Positions 35,590-44,800 of a stretch of DNA of 64,000 nucleotides are shown piece after piece (position 1 is the first letter of the stretch; every line of letters starts with the position of its first letter). A program made the translations under genes and the position numbers. The notes under the pieces are model-generated. The model ran no database searches, was not told the DNA's origin, and saw only the letters and a list, made by a program, of their open reading frames with translations. Source of the DNA: an uncultured Planctomycetaceae bacterium (GTDB taxonomy: Bacteria > Planctomycetota > Planctomycetia > Pirellulales > PNKZ01); NCBI GenBank assembly GCA_964652155.1, contig CAZZBK010000001.1, forward strand, positions 61,095 through 125,094, given 5' to 3'.

Positions 35590-36618
35590 TCAAGGCCCCC
35601 TCGCTGCCCAATGCCTTGAAGTCCAAACATGGGGCCCCGACGAATCCACCCCTACGATGTGAGCAGACACCCCCTGCATGGGCTTGAGCAGATTCGCTCC
35701 CGACGGTTGGCCCAGCACGCTGACGGCGGTGGCGAGGCTATCGGCCAGGATGCCGCTTGGGGCAACCATGGTGACCGTCAATCGGTTGGTCAGTCCGAGC
35801 CCCGTTCGTGGATCGACGATGTGCGAATACCGCTTTCCATCCAATTCGACGTACTGAAATGCGTCCCCCGAGGTGGTCAGCGAAGCGTTTTCCAAAGTCA
35901 CGTATTGTCGCTGGGGCTGACCGTCGGCCGAGTACGAGTCGATGGCGACGATCCAGCCTGCTTTGCCGGGCGGAGCACGTCCGACGACGACATCGCCACT
36001 GGCGTCGACCATCGCCCGATCGACACCGCGCTCCCGCAGCACTTTCAACATTTCGTCGGCGGCATAGCCGGCGGCAATTCCACCTAAGTCCAGTCGCATG
36101 CCGGGTTTGGCCAGACGAGCCGTGTGTGTTTTTTCGTCCAAAACGAGATGCTTATACCCGGTCGCCTCGCGGGCCGCGGCTAGGCTGTCGGTCCCTGGAA
36201 ACTGTTTGTACCGCCGGGCTCGCCGCCAGAGTCGGGTGAGGGGGCCGACCGTCACGTCGAATGCGCCGTCGGTCTGTTGCGCCAGTCGTTGTGCAAAACT
36301 GAGCACCGTCCAAAGATCGTCGCTGATCGATACGTCGCGTCCCGTGCCGGCCGTGGCGCTCAAGCGCGTTAACTCGCTATCGTCCTTGTAATCGCTCATG
36401 CACTGGTCGAGCTGCGCCAAGCGGCGGTAGGCCGCCTCGGCCGACGAATTTGCGAGCGGTTCGTTCGCGGCGTACAATGTCAGCTTGATCGGCATCCCCA
36501 TGTGGACCTGCGAGAACTCGTATCGCTCAAGCTGCGAATTTTCGCTGGCGATGGCCATGTAACCCATCGCCCAACACGCGAGCCCAATGGCACAATAGCG
36601 GTGAAGGTGAGCGAGCAT
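35590..36618 (-). CDS. apbE: FAD:protein FMN transferase (ApbE family)
   Basis: The 342-aa ORF has a signal sequence and the segments DDSELTRLS, FDVTVGPLTRLW and LDLGGIAAGYAADE, typical of ApbE. Confidence 0.85.
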   Translation of the reverse strand: MLAHLHRYCAIGLACWAMGYMAIASENSQLERYEFSQVHMGMPIKLTLYAANEPLANSSAEAAYRRLAQLDQCMSDYKDDSELTRLSATAGTGRDVSISDDLWTVLSFAQRLAQQTDGAFDVTVGPLTRLWRRARRYKQFPGTDSLAAAREATGYKHLVLDEKTHTARLAKPGMRLDLGGIAAGYAADEMLKVLRERGVDRAMVDASGDVVVGRAPPGKAGWIVAIDSYSADGQPQRQYVTLENASLTTSGDAFQYVELDGKRYSHIVDPRTGLGLTNRLTVTMVAPSGILADSLATAVSVLGQPSGANLLKPMQGVSAHIVGVDSSGPHVWTSRHWAARGP

Positions 36619-36701
36619 GGTGGATTCCCAATGAGTGCGCGAAGTTGTTGAGTGTCACGGCCGCGCGAATCTGTTACCCCTCTAGCCTAGGTAGTTTGTC
36701 G

Positions 36702-37742
36702 ATGCGGCAGCAAGTGTTTTGTGTCGTCCTGTTGTCAAGTTTGCTTGGTGCGTGTGCCCCGGGCTGGGCCAAAGGCCCGATCCTCCCGATCGCCAACAGC
36801 GAGGCGACGACCGAAGCGCAGATGAAGCCCTACACGGATGTCATCACCAGTTCCAAAGCGCGTTTTGACATGGTGCCGATTCCCGGCGGCAAATTTGCGA
36901 TGGGGAGCCCCAGCGGCGAGGCGGGTCGCGGCGACGACGAAGGGCCCGTCCGCGAGGTGTCGATCGCCCCGTTCTGGATGGGCAAGCACGAGGTCACCTG
37001 GGACGAGTTTGAAGTCTTCATGTTCAATCTCGACATCGAGCGTCGCAAGGCGCTACAAGAAGCGTCGACCGACAACGACCAGCAGGCCGACACGCTCTCA
37101 CGCCCCACCAAGCCTTACACCGACATGACCTTCGGCCTGGGCAAGGAAGGCTTTCCGGTCATCAGCATGACGCAGCACGGAGCCAAAAAGTATTGCGAAT
37201 GGCTGTCGGCCAAGACGGGACGCTACTACCGCTTGCCCACCGAGGCCGAGTGGGAGTACGCCTGCCGCGCGGGGAGCAAGACCCCGTACTCATTTGGCGA
37301 CGACGCAGCGAAGCTTGGCGAGTATGCGTGGTTTGGCGGCAATAGCAACGACAAGCCCCAACCCGTCGGCAAGAAAAAGCCCAATCCCTGGGGCTTGCAC
37401 GACATGCATGGCAACGTTTGGGAATGGTGCGCTGACGGCTACGCGGCCGATTTTTACGCCAAAAGTGCTGGTCCGATTGTAGCCAACCCGCTCAATGTGC
37501 CGAAAAAGGTCGAGCCTTGCACGGTCCGCGGCGGGGGCTGGGACTGTGACCCCGCCCAGTGCCGTAGCGCGGCTCGATTGGCCTCCACCATCGACTGGAA
37601 AATCCAAGACCCTCAATTACCCCAGAGCGTGTGGTACTATACCGACGCTCAGTTCGTCGGTTTCCGCGTGGTTCGTCCGCTCGTCGAGCCCAGCGACGAC
37701 GAGAAGAAGAACTACGGTTTCGAGGACACAAGTCGCAAGTAA
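36702..37742 (+). CDS. Formylglycine-generating-enzyme (SUMF1/FGE-sulfatase) domain lipoprotein
   Basis: I placed the start at MRQQVFCVVLLSSLLGAC (lipobox). Motifs are GGKFAMGSP, YRLPTEAEWEYACRAG, NPWGLHDMHGNVWEWCAD and RGGGW. Confidence 0.85.
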   Translation: MRQQVFCVVLLSSLLGACAPGWAKGPILPIANSEATTEAQMKPYTDVITSSKARFDMVPIPGGKFAMGSPSGEAGRGDDEGPVREVSIAPFWMGKHEVTWDEFEVFMFNLDIERRKALQEASTDNDQQADTLSRPTKPYTDMTFGLGKEGFPVISMTQHGAKKYCEWLSAKTGRYYRLPTEAEWEYACRAGSKTPYSFGDDAAKLGEYAWFGGNSNDKPQPVGKKKPNPWGLHDMHGNVWEWCADGYAADFYAKSAGPIVANPLNVPKKVEPCTVRGGGWDCDPAQCRSAARLASTIDWKIQDPQLPQSVWYYTDAQFVGFRVVRPLVEPSDDEKKNYGFEDTSRK

Positions 37743-37820
37743 ATGCTGAATGCGGAATGATGAGTGATGAATGTGCGGAACGCTGGCGCGATTCGCATTC
37801 ATCATTCATCATTCAGCATT
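37742..37820. repeat. Long imperfect AT-rich palindrome/hairpin directly after the FGE-like gene stop
   Basis: AATGCTGAATG (37742-37752) pairs perfectly with CATTCAGCATT (37810-37820). The inner arms ATGAGTGATGAATGTGCG / CGCATTCATCATTCAT pair with one mismatch and a 2-nt bulge. The arms are built from repeated (A)ATGA units. The central loop is about 16 nt. Confidence 0.6.
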
Positions 37821-37849
37821 CCCTCCCCTCCCTTAGCGAGACATTGACC

Positions 37850-39190
37850 ATGAGTGACCAAGGAAAGGTTGTGACATCCGGCTTGGTGCTGCCTTCGCGG
37901 CGCGAGTTCATTCAAACGAGCGCCACGGCCGCCGGCGTGGTCGCGGCTGGCATGTCGCTGAGCCGCGTGGCGCATGCCGCCGGCAGCGACGAGATCAAGA
38001 TCGGCTTGGTCGGCTGCGGTGGTCGTGGCTCGGGCGCGGTCAAGAACGCGCTGCAAGTGCCGGGCGTCAAGCTCGTCGCCGCTGGCGATATCTTCGAGGA
38101 CCGCCTCAAGTCGGGACTCGCCAATCTCTCGAAGGATCCGGCCACCAAGGACAAGATCGACGTCCCCGCCGAGCGTCAGTTCCTCGGCTTCGACGCCTAC
38201 GACAAAGTGCTCAAGTCGGGCATCGACCTTATTATTCTCGCCACGCCGCCGGGCTTCCGCCCCAAGCAGTTCGAGGCCGCCGTCAAGGCCGGCAAGCACG
38301 TCTTCATGGAAAAGCCCGTCGCCACCGACGCGGCTGGCGTTCGCACGGTGCTTGCCGCCGCCGAAGAGGCCAAGAAGAAAAACCTCGGCGTCGGGGTCGG
38401 CCTTCAACGCCGCCATCAGCCGGTCTACCTGGAAACGATCAAGCGTTTGCAGGACGGCGCGATCGGCGATATCCAACTGACCCGCGTGTACTGGAACGGC
38501 CAGACACCGTGGGTCAAGCCGCGTGCCGACTTGGAAAAGATGTACGGCCGCCCGCTGACCGAAATGGAGTATCAACTCCGCAACTGGTACTACTTCACCT
38601 GGGTCTGCGGCGATCATATCGTCGAGCAGCACATCCATAACATGGACGTCATCAACTGGCTGAAGAACTCGCACCCGGTCAAGGCCAACGGCATGGGCGG
38701 TTGCGAGGTCCGCAAGGGACCCGACTACGGCGAGACCTTCGATCATCACTTCATCGAGTTCGAATACGCCGATGGCTCGCGGATGTTCAGCCAGTGCCGC
38801 CATATCCCCGGCTGCTTCAATAGTGTGAGCGAACATGCTCACGGCACCAAGGGAACGTGCAACATTGGCGCGGGCCAGATCAACCTCAATGGCAGCAGCG
38901 ACGCCTGGAAGTTCAAGGCCGAAAAGGGCTCCAAGGGCAATCCCTACGACATCGAGCACGACGACTTGTTCGCCAGCATCCGCAGCGGCAAGCCGATCAA
39001 CGAGGCTGTCGCCGGAGCTCACAGTTCGATGACCGCCATTCTCGGCCGCATGGCGACCTACGGCGGCAAGGAAATCACCTGGGACTCGGCGATCAACTCC
39101 CAGATCGCGCTCGTGCCCGAGGTGTTGGCCTTCGACGCGCCCGCTCCCACGCCGCGGCGTGCCGTGCCGGGCCAAACGTCGGTCGTCTAA
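37850..39190 (+). CDS. Gfo/Idh/MocA family oxidoreductase with a Tat signal
   Basis: I placed the start at MSDQGKVV (ATG 37850). The track extension 37631.. runs through the palindrome. It has the Tat-like SRREFIQTSATAAG and the Rossmann motif IGLVGCGGRGSGA. Confidence 0.85.
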   Translation: MSDQGKVVTSGLVLPSRREFIQTSATAAGVVAAGMSLSRVAHAAGSDEIKIGLVGCGGRGSGAVKNALQVPGVKLVAAGDIFEDRLKSGLANLSKDPATKDKIDVPAERQFLGFDAYDKVLKSGIDLIILATPPGFRPKQFEAAVKAGKHVFMEKPVATDAAGVRTVLAAAEEAKKKNLGVGVGLQRRHQPVYLETIKRLQDGAIGDIQLTRVYWNGQTPWVKPRADLEKMYGRPLTEMEYQLRNWYYFTWVCGDHIVEQHIHNMDVINWLKNSHPVKANGMGGCEVRKGPDYGETFDHHFIEFEYADGSRMFSQCRHIPGCFNSVSEHAHGTKGTCNIGAGQINLNGSSDAWKFKAEKGSKGNPYDIEHDDLFASIRSGKPINEAVAGAHSSMTAILGRMATYGGKEITWDSAINSQIALVPEVLAFDAPAPTPRRAVPGQTSVV

Positions 39191-39230
39191 GCAACTCGTT
39201 TTGCCAGCCACTGGGGTTTCGATAGGTTCC

Positions 39231-39272
39231 AACGCCGGCTCGGAAATTGCTCCGGGCCGGCGTTTCCCTTTC
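39231..39272 (+). terminator. Intrinsic-terminator-like hairpin downstream of the oxidoreductase gene
   Basis: AACGCCGGC-T-CGGA (39231-39244) pairs with TCCG-G-GCCGGCGTT (39251-39264). This gives 13 Watson-Crick pairs plus one possible G-U pair, with a 6-nt loop (AATTGC). It is followed by the T-rich TTCCCTTTC. It lies 41 nt after the stop codon. Confidence 0.55.
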
Positions 39273-39279
39273 AAGGATC

Positions 39280-41076
39280 ATGCGTCACGCGATGCGAGTC
39301 CTCCGCACGATGATCGCGCTGCTCATGCTGAGCCAGACGGCTGACGTCGTCCGCGCACAGGGACTCTCGGCGACCCGTTTCTTGGCCGCTTGGGCCGACG
39401 GCACCCGGAGCACCGGTTACGAAGTGCTCGACTGGTCCTGGGCAGACAAGCAACCACGGCTCGGCGATCGGTTGCTGTTCGACTCGGGGGGCCGCGTGCG
39501 CTGGCTGCGCGACACGACGCTCGAAATCGTCTCTCCGCCGGCCTTCATCGAGTTTGTCGGCGGCGATCGCTTCCCCGGCAAGCTCGTCTCGTTTGCCGCG
39601 GAACAGTCGTTGCCCGCGCTCCCCACGCCGGTTCATCTCTTGGTCGAGCCGCTCGCCAACTACGATCGCCCGGCCACGCCGACGCGCAATACGATTCGAA
39701 TTCTCCCACAATTTTTGCGCCGGATCGTCTGGGAGCCGCGCGGCGGCGATCATTATCGACCAGGGACGGCCTTGTGCCGCGATGGCCGATTGCTCGACTT
39801 TCGCTCGCTCCGCTGGCAACCCACCGGTGTCCGCGTGCTGAACGACTCAGGAACGCAAACGCTCGTTTGGGAAGAGTTGGCTGAACTGCATCTGCCGCAA
39901 CTCGACCACTGGGAATCGCTCTACCAGCAACGCGCGATCCTGAGCCCCTCGGCACGCAGCCCGTTGCTGCGCGTCGCCGACTCGCAGGGGCTCTTGGCCA
40001 CTACCTCGACCGAGCGCTTTCAGGCCATCAGCGTCGGCCGCGAATCGGACCCCAAGGATTGGTACCATATCGTTCAGCCGGCCTGGTCGCTCGATGCCCT
40101 GTACGTGCCACACCGCCGCATCCGGCAACGCACCTTTTTTGCGCTGCACGAGGTGCCGCTGACCTTGCTGACGCCGCTCCGGTCGTCGCATCGCTCGGTG
40201 GTCTCATCCGCCTGGACTCGTCCGCAACTGGACGCCTCGGTTCAGGGCACGCCGCTCGTCAGCGGCCAAGACGAATACGGCTGGGGACTCGGCGTGCATG
40301 CCCAACACGAACTCGAATTTGAAATCGCCGCCGAGGCACGCACCTTTCGCACCAAAGTCGGTCTCGATCAGTTGAGCGGCACGGGCGGCTGTGCCCGGGC
40401 GCTGGTCTATCATGGCTCGCTGCAAAGCGAACCGCTCTTTGAAAGCCCGCTGCTGATCGGCAGTCAAACGGTGTTCGACACGCAGCGCATGGCGTTGGCC
40501 CCGTCGCTCTCGGGCCGCTCCCGATTGATTCTTGTCGCCGACGCGGTTCATAAGCCGCCGGTGCGTGGCGCCGACCCACTCGACGTTCGCGATCTGGTCG
40601 ACTGGCTCGAACCGATGCTCGAGCTCAATCCGGAAGAGGCGTATCAGACCGTCATGGCGCGGCGGATGGGCGCGCTGCGCGAGGCCGAGGGCTGGAAGAT
40701 CGTCGACGCCGCCTGGAACGATATCAAGCTCAGTCACGTGCTCTACCCGCATGCGTTTCGACCGGTCTTGCAAGGCAGCAGCGACGTCGTCTCTTTGGAG
40801 CACACGCTGACCGCACCATCCCCCAATGCTCGGCTGGTGATTTGGGCGGGGCAGCCCCCCCGGCCTCCGCAGTCCGGTCGAATTGCCGTGTCGATCGATG
40901 GTCAAGCCGTGTACGAAGGCGCGTTGAGTGTGATTGTCGATCCGACAAAAGTGACTCCGTTGAGTATTCCGGTCCCCGAAGGGGCCAAGAGCGACCGACA
41001 GGTGCGGATTCGCTTTTCGCTCCCACCGACCGGTCAACTCGACTGGCGCGGAGCCGCGATCCTCGCCGCCCCTTGA
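39280..41076 (+). CDS. Secreted protein with an NPCBM-like carbohydrate-binding module
   Basis: I placed the start at MRHAMRVLRTMIALLMLSQTADVVRAQG (signal peptide). The central GWGLGVHAQHELEFEIAAEARTFRTKVGLDQLSGTGGCARALVY matches the NPCBM pattern (G-x-G-V-H-A ... F-x-x-x-V-G-x-D ... G-x-v-x-f-x-V). Confidence 0.6.
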   Translation: MRHAMRVLRTMIALLMLSQTADVVRAQGLSATRFLAAWADGTRSTGYEVLDWSWADKQPRLGDRLLFDSGGRVRWLRDTTLEIVSPPAFIEFVGGDRFPGKLVSFAAEQSLPALPTPVHLLVEPLANYDRPATPTRNTIRILPQFLRRIVWEPRGGDHYRPGTALCRDGRLLDFRSLRWQPTGVRVLNDSGTQTLVWEELAELHLPQLDHWESLYQQRAILSPSARSPLLRVADSQGLLATTSTERFQAISVGRESDPKDWYHIVQPAWSLDALYVPHRRIRQRTFFALHEVPLTLLTPLRSSHRSVVSSAWTRPQLDASVQGTPLVSGQDEYGWGLGVHAQHELEFEIAAEARTFRTKVGLDQLSGTGGCARALVYHGSLQSEPLFESPLLIGSQTVFDTQRMALAPSLSGRSRLILVADAVHKPPVRGADPLDVRDLVDWLEPMLELNPEEAYQTVMARRMGALREAEGWKIVDAAWNDIKLSHVLYPHAFRPVLQGSSDVVSLEHTLTAPSPNARLVIWAGQPPRPPQSGRIAVSIDGQAVYEGALSVIVDPTKVTPLSIPVPEGAKSDRQVRIRFSLPPTGQLDWRGAAILAAP

Positions 41077-41130
41077 ATCTCGGCCCTGCGGCTCTGCTTC
41101 TGCTGGCAGTTTCTGCGCCGATGAATTAGC

Positions 41131-41808
41131 ATGGATGAGCCACGCCCGCCCCGCCTTGCGCTCTCCCACCAACCTCGGTCGTTTGCACCGCTTATGTCCA
41201 GCCCGCTCGAACCATCGCGCGCCGACGAATCCGCTCCTCGACAGGCACCCCCGCTCGAAGCGGTCGACTCCGAGTTGATCGCGGCGGCCGCCCGGGGAGA
41301 CCGTGAGGCGTTCTCGCAACTCGTGCTGCGACACCAGCGGATCGTGTACGGCTATCTCCGCGCCCGCACGCTGCACTCGCACGACGCTGAGGACATGACC
41401 CAAGAGGTGTTCCTGCGTTGCTACCAGTCGCTGAGCCGCTTCGATGCCTCATGCGATGTTATTCCCTGGCTGCTGGGCATTGCCCGCAATTCGCTCCGCG
41501 AGTTTGTCCGTCGTGTTCGCCGCAAGCGCGAGGTGGCCTGGACCGCCATGTGTCTGGAACTCGACGATGCCGCTCCACGCTGCGATGGGGTCATGGGCGA
41601 AATGACCGACGAATTGCCAACGTGTCTCGACGCGCTGGGGGCCAGCGCGCGGCAGGCCATCGAGATGCGCTATGACGCTCGACTGCGGTTGGCCGAGATC
41701 GGCGAGAAGCTGCGTCGCAGCGAGGGTGCCGCCAAACTGCTCATGTTCCGGGCACGCCAAGCGCTCAAATCTTGCTTGGACCGAAAGACGGCAAGGAACG
41801 ACGCTTGA
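41131..41808 (+). CDS. ECF-type RNA polymerase sigma-70 family factor
   Basis: It has region 2 (FSQLVLRHQRIVYGYLRARTLHSHDAEDMTQEVFLRCYQSLSRFD) and region 4 (IEMRYDARLRLAEIGEKLRRSEGAAKLLMFRARQAL). An alternative start is at MSSPLEP (41194). Confidence 0.85.
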   Translation: MDEPRPPRLALSHQPRSFAPLMSSPLEPSRADESAPRQAPPLEAVDSELIAAAARGDREAFSQLVLRHQRIVYGYLRARTLHSHDAEDMTQEVFLRCYQSLSRFDASCDVIPWLLGIARNSLREFVRRVRRKREVAWTAMCLELDDAAPRCDGVMGEMTDELPTCLDALGASARQAIEMRYDARLRLAEIGEKLRRSEGAAKLLMFRARQALKSCLDRKTARNDA

Positions 41809-44800
41809 CCGACGATGAACTGATCTGCCTGCTGGCGGAAACACCTCTGGACGAGCTCTCGGTCGAGCAGATCGAGCTGCTGCGAGTACGCTCCGCGTGC
41901 TCCGCCGAGGTCCACGCGGCCTTGCTGTCCCAGTTGCAGTTCGACGAGGTTGCGCACGCTTCGCTGGGGCGGGTCGAGGTCCGTACCGTCGACATCTATG
42001 CCCTGGCCGACCGCACGCGACGACGGTTGCGCCGCTGGGCAGTGCTGTCGGTATTACTGGTGTTGGCGGGCTTGGCCAGTTGGTTCGGCTCGCGTCAGGA
42101 GCACGAGCAACCGCCGATCGTCGCCGTGCCGAGCCCCGAGCGCCCTCTCCCCACGATCGACACGACCCCCTCGACGGTCGTCGTCCCTCCACCCACCCCG
42201 GCCTTGGACCCGCTCGCCTCGAAGACGCCAGCGGTCGTGCCGGACGAGGGAACTGAGAAGGTGCCCCTCGCGTCGCCGAAACCGGCCGACGACGAGCCGT
42301 GGCTCGCCGCGCTGCGCGGACCCGAGCAATCGTTCGAGCAGGTCGCTTACTCGGCCGCGCCAAGTGCCGCCAAGCAAGCTTCGCAGGGAGCGCAAATCGC
42401 CCGCTGGTTTGAACCCATCGGCAAGGGGCGTACCGCGCTCGAAGCGATCCGCGACGGCTCGCGTCGACTGGCCATGTACGACACCAACCGGCTCCGCGCT
42501 CCGTGGTCGAGTGGCTACGCGCTCCGCATCGCCTTCGCGCCATCACGCGCTCCCAACTGGCTCTACCTTTGGCAGGGCACGCGCGGCGTGGCCTTCGAGT
42601 ACGACGAACGCGCGGCCTCCAGTTGGGCCGCCTATCAGGTCCAGCGCAAGCCCGGTGACCTCGAACCCAACGTATTCGCGTTTCATGGGCACGATGGCGA
42701 TCGGTTCCGTCGTCAGTACGGCGGTGTCATCGAGCTACGCTACCAACAAGGACGGGTCGTGCTCAGCTCGGGCGACATCTTGCTCAGCGCAATCGACATG
42801 CCCCAGGCACCAACGGAAATCGTGCTCAACAGTCCGGGCAACCGCGTCCCGCTGGCGATCACGGGCATCGAACTGGTCAAGTCGGCACCGTTTCCTGAGC
42901 ACAAACTGCCCAAGCTGGCCGCGCCGGTCGCCCCCCAGCCGATCGACCTTACGTGGCACACCACCTTGCTGGGCAATGCCAAGTTCCACAAAGAGCCCGA
43001 CGGCTCGGTGACCCTCTCGGCCGAGAATCTCGACCAGCCGGTGATGGTCTGGGGCACCCCCTCAACGCCGACGCTCGGACAATGCACGCTGTGCATCGAA
43101 GGGGTCGACCCGGGTACCGGCGTGTTCGTGGGGGACGAGCAGGCCAAACGCATGTTGGCCGTCGGGGTGTTTAGTCATCGCCGCTCGCGCGAGCCGCTGC
43201 TCATCTTGTCCCGACTGGGCGAAACCACAACCGAGACCGAGCCGGCGATCGATCAACAGCCGCTCCCCTGGCTGGGGCCTCGCCAATGGTTGCGATTCAC
43301 CAGCGCCTTGGGGGGCATGCGCGTGCAGACGAGCGTCGACGGTCTTCATTGGGGCGATGGCTTTGATGGCCGCCTCGATCAAAACTGCCCGGTGCAGGCC
43401 GTCGGATTACAGATCAATCGGGGCAAGTCGGCGCGGCAGATTCGTCTGCGTCACGTGGCTTGGCAGCCGTTCACCGCGCTCGAGCAACTCGCCCCGCCTC
43501 AATACGCGCCGCAATTCAGCCAACTCGACGAACACAAGGACCTGGGCTCTTGGTATTCAACCATGCTCGCCACCCAGCCCGAGGGCCTTGAACAAGTCGC
43601 GTGGCGCGCGGCCTGCGCGGTGCATACGCTCCGCGTGGCTCAAACGCTCGAACTGCGTCGCGAAATTTGGTCGGCTCTGCTGAAGTCCGTCACCAACGGC
43701 TCGTATGACGCCCGGCAGCGCCGCGCTTTGCTGACCGAACTCTCTTGGTTCGTTCCCGTGTCGGGCGGAACGCCAGCGCGTGAGTGGCTCGACGCGCTCG
43801 AGCGCTCCTGCGCGCTCGCCTGGCGACAAGGGGAACCGCGCCCCTACACGCTACTGCACGACATCCTCAGCGAGACGCCGGGGAGCGCGTGGTTCATTGA
43901 TGTCAGCATGCCCGGCGCGACATTAGCTCAGCAGGAGATTCTCGAGCAGGTGCTCGCGGCACGCTGGGATGAGGCCGCCGACTCGATCCGACTCATCCGT
44001 TGGGCCACGACCGACGGGCTGGAACGGCGTTTCTCGTTCATTCGTTCACCGTTGCCAAAATTGCTCAACTGGGCCGACGCACTCGTGTCGCGGCAGCGGC
44101 AACAGGGAGAAACGAATGTTGCCGTGCCGTCGAATTGGCGCCACCCGCTCATCGAACAGCTCGGCAAAGAAGGCTACAACACGCTCGCCGAGTTGGAAGC
44201 GGCCGTGGCCAGCGAGGCGTTCAAGGACGCCGGGCAAATCATGTCGACGATCGCTCCCAAGCAACTGGCGAGCTTGGTGCCCGACACGCATGACAGCGAG
44301 TGCTTCATCACGCTGCCGGTGGTTGTTGAGCGGTTGGTGGCCGATCATCCCCGGCTCTCCGAGTCGTTGCAGCGTGAGTTCGGCAATCTCGCCGAGGTAC
44401 GGCTCCGCCAGGCGATCAGCGATGGCGACGTCGAGCTGGTCACGGCCGTCACGACACAGTTTCATGGCACGCCCGCCGCGGCCGAGGCCTGGTTGTGGCT
44501 GGGCGACCGGCACTTGGCGATCGGACAGTTGGCCCAGTCCGAGTCCTGTTTCAAGGCCGCCCGACGCGGCGCGGTCGACCCCTCCGCGGCGGCCATCGAG
44601 GCGCGGTTGCGATTGGTCGCCGCCATGCTCGGCAAGCCGAGCACGACCACGGTTCGCACGCGCGTCCGCTTGAACGACGTCGAGTTCTCCCCCGGCGAAT
44701 TCGAGCAACTGGTGCGAGAGGCCGCCGCGCATGTGCCCGCCGCGAGCACCGAGTCGACACCGCGGGGCTGGGCTGCCGGGCTCGACCCACGCTGGTTCAC

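Noticed and set aside
37802-39274. A 490-aa minus-strand ORF opposite the Gfo/Idh/MocA gene. Similar long antisense ORFs occur at 40204..41403, 41449..42546, 44046..45236, 58938..59963, 27308..28219, 10458..11363, 5745..6626 and 15814..16665.
   Set aside because: Each lies opposite a gene with clear family motifs and has Arg/Gly/Pro-biased composition. I treat them all as shadow ORFs.
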